Part shown: piece by piece, positions 58,862 through 64,000 of the stretch
Layout of the letters: each line of letters begins with the position of its first letter
Position numbering within the stretch: the first letter of the stretch is position 1
Origin: Lepidodermella squamata
Lineage: Eukaryota > Animalia > Gastrotricha
Reading direction: 5' to 3'
NCBI GenBank assembly: GCA_047495785.1
Contig: JBLDXI010000020.1
Location: forward strand, 868,001-932,000
Length of the DNA stretch: 64,000 bases
The notes under the pieces: generated by a model
What the model saw: only the letters and a program-made list of their open reading frames with translations
The model's database searches: none
Told to the model about the DNA's origin: nothing
Position numbers and translations under genes: made by a program

Positions 58862-60455
58862 ATGGATACGAGTCGCGAAAATCCTATGTTCAACGGCGAC
58901 TTGGTTCAAGTCGATAAATATGTCGCAGGTTGGGACCATCCGAACGGCAGTGACTACAGCGCCCTAGCCTGGCCGCAGTGGTTGTTCGTGCGCAAACCAG
59001 GCGAAACAATATCGTCAACGTGGCTCGAAGCCCTATCGCTGCTTTTCGTCATTTTTTGCGCCTACACGTGCGGCGCGGCGACTACTATGGCTGTCAAAAC
59101 GTTTTGGACTATTCGGCGGAAACGGAAAAAAATTAGAGTTGGTTTAATTTAGCGTATATATAACACACCCGATTCCGTTAATAACTTACTTTTCTCGAGC
59201 CTTTTTTCGCGACTGCCCGCCGGATTTAGGACTAAAAAAATGAATTAAAGAGCTATTATTTTTAACAATCGATTAGTTACCAATGTGCTCGTTACATTCC
59301 ACGCCCGTTTTTTTTAGAACAAAAATCACAGTAATAAATCTATATAAAAGTTCAAGGGACATTTTTTGCAGCCATGGCCTTGTTCGAAAATAGGTCAGGT
59401 AATTAAAACGATAATTTGGGGCTATTTGAGAGGCCCGAAATTAGGCTTTGTCATTCATTTGAGCTCGCGAAATGTTAGAAACGGGTAAAATGTGATCTAG
59501 CGTGGCTTTAATAGCGGTTTCTGAAGTTAGGGAAATTGAATATCTCTCTGAAAGAAGAGACAAAAGTAGTGACTCTCGAAGACTCAGTTTGATATCATAT
59601 TCAATTCAAGCCATCACGAGTAGCAAGAGAGCATTAGCATAATTATTATCTAAAAGGTGTCTAAAAATCAATACCTGTTTCCGTGCTCGAATCTTTCTTC
59701 TTTCTCTGCGATGAGGTAATCAATTTTTCATAAACATTTCATGGTTTTTTTCCCAGGTGAAGCGACCGCACACTTCGCCGCTGTGCGGGCTGTCCACAAT
59801 TAGCGACAACATTGATAGCGGCAACGACAGCCTGGCGACGCAACGGCCCAACGAAGCGCAATCGGCGTCGTCGATCGTCGAACTTGGCCGGACTAACCGA
59901 GTCGCGTCATCTAATAATCCGCAACAGTTCTACCAGCAACGAAAAAACGAGATTCCAATATCACCAGCTCCTTTCAGTGAATTTAGAAGGATAGGCGATT
60001 ATCGCCGGATACCTGATAATAGCAGTGATACGTATAACAAAAGACGGCACTCGGTGTTCGCCGCGTCGCCTGTTGTTTGGGAACGGCGACAAATGGACGC
60101 AGTTGCGAGCCAAAGTTGCCAACATTTCGAGTTGAACAACAGCGGCAGATTGCCTCAAAATGGCCTGCCTCCTGTTAACCGGCGGACGACGTGGTACGGA
60201 AACTGGACGACAGCTGCGGCTAGCAATAATACGACCAATGTTGTCGTTCCTACAACGCCTGATGAGTTGTACCAGGGTGATATTCTGGAGAAAAATCTGT
60301 GCCCACGCCACCGCGTTGCCTCGCTGAATTCGTCGCGCAGCAACCGGCTGACCTACCCGGCGCCGCCTATTAATTTATGGCAACCTCAGACAGTATTCGA
60401 CTCGCCGGCGTTGCATCGCAAAACTATGGCTGAAATTGTATGCGATCGCGTTTGA
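58862..60455 (+). CDS. Single-pass membrane protein with disordered cytoplasmic tail. Exons ~58862-59137, 59757-60455
   Basis: Hydrophobic LEALSLLFVIFCAYTCGAA followed by basic RRKRKK; phase-0 donor AGA|GTTGGT and acceptor TTTTTCCCAG|GTG; 232-aa open second exon. Confidence 0.6.
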
Positions 60456-62117
60456 TAAAAAAGATATTATGATTTTTCTGTTGTAGCCGCATTTGTTCAT
60501 CTCTAGTTATTTTTTTGAGGGTTTCAGCTGTGTTATTTTCGATTAGCAGCTTTTCTTCAGTTATTTCAAAACGGAACAATAAAATTTGAATAAAATTTTG
60601 AAAATTCCGCCTCTTTAATATTGTCATTTTCTATTGGCGTGCACCTTGAATTAGGGTTCCAACACTTGATTTTCCCGACATATTTCAAACACGTCTCAGA
60701 TCGAAGATTAGCCTCGTTCCTTTATTACTATTATCCCGTCATTGAATTTATGAACCTATTTTAAGTCAAAACCAACAAGCTCATTTCCACTATTACCGAC
60801 CAGGCAGTTTTCCAACCAGTATTTTTCTAATATTTTCACGAATTCAAGGAAATTTATGAATTCCGAAGTGAAGAATGCGCCTTATACAGAATTTTACGCT
60901 GAATTTAAGGATGATTTACTTTGAATTAGGATGGTCAACCATGACGTCCTAGGAAGTTCCGAAGAGCGGTTTTAGGCCCATCAAAAGTTCCGAAATTTGG
61001 ACCATTTTGCAACTAAGACACAAGAATTTGTATACCAGCCTGACGAAGAACCACGATCGATTCCGGGTATTTTCCGATATTAGAAGATAAGCTTGGAAAT
61101 ATTTCTACCTTGCTGATGGTACCAAGAGGTTAAATTTAGTGCAGTAACTAATATTTTAGCTCTTTTTTTAATTTTCTGCTGTTTTTGCGAAAACGTTCAA
61201 TTCTGCGCTGATCCAGGCTAAATATTTTTGCATCCACATCGGCGATACCGGCAGTTTACTCGGAAGTAAAAGTTGCTTGGCAACAAGTACCTATCGACTT
61301 TCACCATCACAAGAACTGAAACTTCTTTTCTATCTCGGTTTTTTGTGGCGTTTAGACTATTTACGTGTGAAGACCTGATGAGATTCGAAAAAGCGCAGTG
61401 TTTTTTCTCTTGCAGTTATTAAACATGAATATAAAAAATATGTAATCAGAACTCGCTACTGTTTGATTTTTTCTTCGACAGTTGCGCGCTCAGACGGGTG
61501 TAGTGGGTATTTCCCGCCAGTGTTGAACCGAAGTGATTATCTCATCTCATATATCTACCAAATAGTATTTGATTCGAAGAGCGCCGAAAAACGATGATGA
61601 TGATGAGGATGAGTGAATGATATTTTCAGAAAAATGCCGATTTTTTCGCTCGCTCGCCTTGTGATTCACCAGTAGTACGAAGAATAACAATACGGCATCA
61701 ACACGATCAATCGAGCGCTCGTCTATCATATTATCATCAGCCATGTTTCTTGGCTCTGTTGCAGCAAAGCCTATGCTATAGGAATGTTTCTTTATGCTAA
61801 GAAAATCTGCATGCCGTATTATTAGATTAAAAGGGACGATTATTACTCCTGAGCCCAAGTTGCCTGTCTGGATAATTCGATATTTTCGTGATCTTAAATT
61901 TAAAAATTGTCTAAACATAAACCGAAAACTTATTTTGCGTATTTTTTGTCGCATTAGGATAGGAAATTCGACAAATAACGGAGCTATCAATTGATTAATT
62001 ATGCAATTAAACGCTGTCTTTTCCAGGTAAACAACGTGTCCGATACAGAATAAATAACGCTGTTGTTTTCTTTTTTAAATAATATATTATAGCACATGCG
62101 GTATTTAGCCCTATGTT

Positions 62118-62417
62118 ATGGTTCTAGTCATTATCGCCATGATAACCGCCGTCACCGTTCCCTTTTTCACCAACCCTGAACACCTAGTCCTCAGCACCGC
62201 CGACCCTCAATACATCGTAGTCAAACCCGACAAGGCGTCCCACTCATCCGATTCCAACTGGGCCTCAAATGTGTTGTGGTTCACGATAGCAGCCGTGTCG
62301 GCTTATGTTTTAGGCGGATTTCTAGCGCTGGTTTTCAAAGCGCTGTACGGCTACATTCGTTACCGATGCCGGAAATACTATCTAGAGCGATCTTTATCCC
62401 AGGTAAGTCAGCAATAA
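62118..62417 (+). CDS. Membrane protein exon, apparent paralogue of the 58862 gene; strong donor at ~62402 suggests further exons
   Basis: Hydrophobic N-terminus; PQYIVVKP...SNW...AYVLGG...FKALY similar to PQWLFVRKP...STW...AYTCGA...VKTFW; CAG|GTAAGT. Confidence 0.6.
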   Translation: MVLVIIAMITAVTVPFFTNPEHLVLSTADPQYIVVKPDKASHSSDSNWASNVLWFTIAAVSAYVLGGFLALVFKALYGYIRYRCRKYYLERSLSQVSQQ

Positions 62418-62438
62418 TTTTGTTGAAACAATATTTGA

Positions 62439-62900
62439 CCGTTATAACATGTGAAAAGTGGGGGTTTGACTAAATTTTTGATTTTGATGCCGCTTTCAAG
62501 ATCAATGAAAAAAGGGGTCGAGCGATATCAAAATGACGTTGATAGTCATCATGGTTGCAAAGAAAATGGGCTTCAAAGTTTACGGGTAAAAATTTCTGAT
62601 TTCAAAAAATGCGTGCTTAAAAAATTTAGTTTTTTTTATTGCATCAATTAATAATTCGTCGCGCAATTAATTCGAATGTTTTTTATGCGCAAAGGTGAGA
62701 AATCTATCCAGATATTCAACGATTTTGAAGGATGGGAGCCTCCTAGGGGTCTGAATTTTGAAAATTCAAAATCCTCAAGAAAAACTGAGTAGGAACATCT
62801 AGAATCCCAAGAATCGTCCTTCTTCAAGTCAACACACCTTTTGCCATTTGCTGGAAAATGAGAAAATACGCCAAACCACACTTTTCACTTGTTAACGGTC
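62439..62900. mobile_element. MITE family A, copy 3
   Basis: TIR ACCGTTATAACATGTGAAAAGTGGGGGTTTG / CAAACCACACTTTTCACTTGTTAACGGT; interior homologous to 5914-6432. Confidence 0.72.
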
Positions 62901-62940
62901 ATTTTATTTAAGAATTTAGTGTAGTTTCTGATATAAAAAT

Positions 62941-64000
62941 TCAGATAGTCTCCGGGGTTATAGTGACTGCAATTTCCCTGCGATAGTAGACTGCCATTTT
63001 CTTCAGAACCTCGATTATCACGGGGAGCAGGAAACACAAGCAGAAATTCACCGAGAGTAGGACAAAGCCAATAGTTGCAATGATACCCTTCCAATAGACC
63101 ATTTCCAGATCCTCCGGGGTAGCAGCAAACACGATAGATATGACAACAAGAATCGCGAATGAGTTGATAGCTGACGCCGAAACAGCCCGCCGCCATAGGA
63201 CTAACCAATCCGGCACACCCTTATGCATTCTCGGAGTAAGTTCAAGGTGAAGAGCGATCAAAAACGCAGCGAACAGCAACGCCCCGTGAACAGCTGTAAT
63301 ACCAGCCAGCCATTTTTGTTGATGATCAGAGTAGCAGTACAAAGTTCTTTCGATGTAGTACTCGTCGCCAGTTGGGTCGTACTTCAAAGGCGAGTCGTAA
63401 TTAACGACTTTAAGACGGTCGTTTGTACCACTGAACCAAATGAGAAGCACAACTACAGTCGAGGCGACTGATACTGAAGATGGCACCCAGACTAACAATT
63501 TATCCGACAATCTTTCGATAGCCAAGTTACAGACCTCAATCGGCCAGATTCTCGGGGATAGGTGATCTTGTTTCAAAGCTACTAGCTGTTCCTTAGCCAT
63601 TCGCCTCATTCTTGTGATCACCACAAATACCAAGATCGATTGAGTTAAAATTTGGCTGGTGATGAAGCAAGGTCCAAGGGTCCCCTGAAACACCCTGACG
63701 TAGCAGAGAAAGTCCGGCAAAGTTCCGTCCCGGGTCAAAGCGTAAACAGAAGCAGCACACATTGTGACCAAACTTCCTATAGCCGTGTTGATCAAAGCTG
63801 GCATCATCGGCCACGACCGTGATCCTTCGAACGGCTTGTAATCACAATGGAAAGCTCCGACGATGAAGGTGATCACCATGAAGGCAAGGACAAACACTGC
63901 AGCGGCTACGACGATTGAATAGAACGCCAACGGGGGTTTGGTTAGGACCACATTTATCTTCGACAAATCATTCGGGGGAAGGTTCCTACAACCAGGGTTC
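62941..64000 (-). CDS. Class C GPCR 7TM region, GABA-B-receptor-like but divergent (partial; frame open past the window end)
   Basis: PPND before TM1, seven hydrophobic segments, LCYVRVF at TM3 start, YCYSDHQQKWLAG...HGALL resembling GABA-B ECL2/TM5. Confidence 0.72.
   Translation of the reverse strand, partial: NPGCRNLPPNDLSKINVVLTKPPLAFYSIVVAAAVFVLAFMVITFIVGAFHCDYKPFEGSRSWPMMPALINTAIGSLVTMCAASVYALTRDGTLPDFLCYVRVFQGTLGPCFITSQILTQSILVFVVITRMRRMAKEQLVALKQDHLSPRIWPIEVCNLAIERLSDKLLVWVPSSVSVASTVVVLLIWFSGTNDRLKVVNYDSPLKYDPTGDEYYIERTLYCYSDHQQKWLAGITAVHGALLFAAFLIALHLELTPRMHKGVPDWLVLWRRAVSASAINSFAILVVISIVFAATPEDLEMVYWKGIIATIGFVLLSVNFCLCFLLPVIIEVLKKMAVYYRREIAVTITPETI

Noticed and set aside
61547-61990. 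147-aa minus-strand ORF
   Set aside because: Non-ATG start, AT-rich low-information sequence, no domain or splice support.
1-64000. tRNA, rRNA, snRNA genes or prokaryotic/viral inserts
   Set aside because: None recognised by eye; ankyrin genes carry spliceosomal introns. A covariance-model search would be needed to exclude small RNAs.

Overview
This is eukaryotic DNA from a compact-genome invertebrate animal. It is gene dense with many ~45-65 bp GT-AG introns; the taxon cannot be fixed from the sequence. Recognisable conserved genes: a novel-type PKC (delta/theta-like), an intronless NIDO-IPT-AMOP-VWD (SUSD2/Mesh/MUC4-like) membrane protein, a claudin/PMP22-like tetraspan, a GPI-type ENPP4/5-like ectoenzyme, two divergent Cys-loop channel subunits, an SK (KCNN) potassium channel and the 3' end of a GABA-B-like class C GPCR. 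The window opens in a Dicer-like RNase III domain that has lost most of its catalytic residues. The least explained structure is two interleaved, apparently lineage-specific families on the minus strand. One is four small secreted proteins with a C-x9-C...F[YF][LM]WA signature. The other is six coiled-coil proteins built from phase-0 exons, four with a conserved FP[DE] exon end, carrying either ankyrin, disordered or no C-termini. Three times a secreted gene lies upstream of an M[FY]NF-starting coiled-coil gene, like a repeated two-gene cassette. A 2.7 kb inverted-repeat element carrying ten 181-bp tandem repeats splits an ankyrin exon in mid-repeat. Several MITEs, Crypton-like relics, a TBCA pseudogene and a decayed tandem duplicate are also present. 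All gene models were assembled by hand and no database searches were run.
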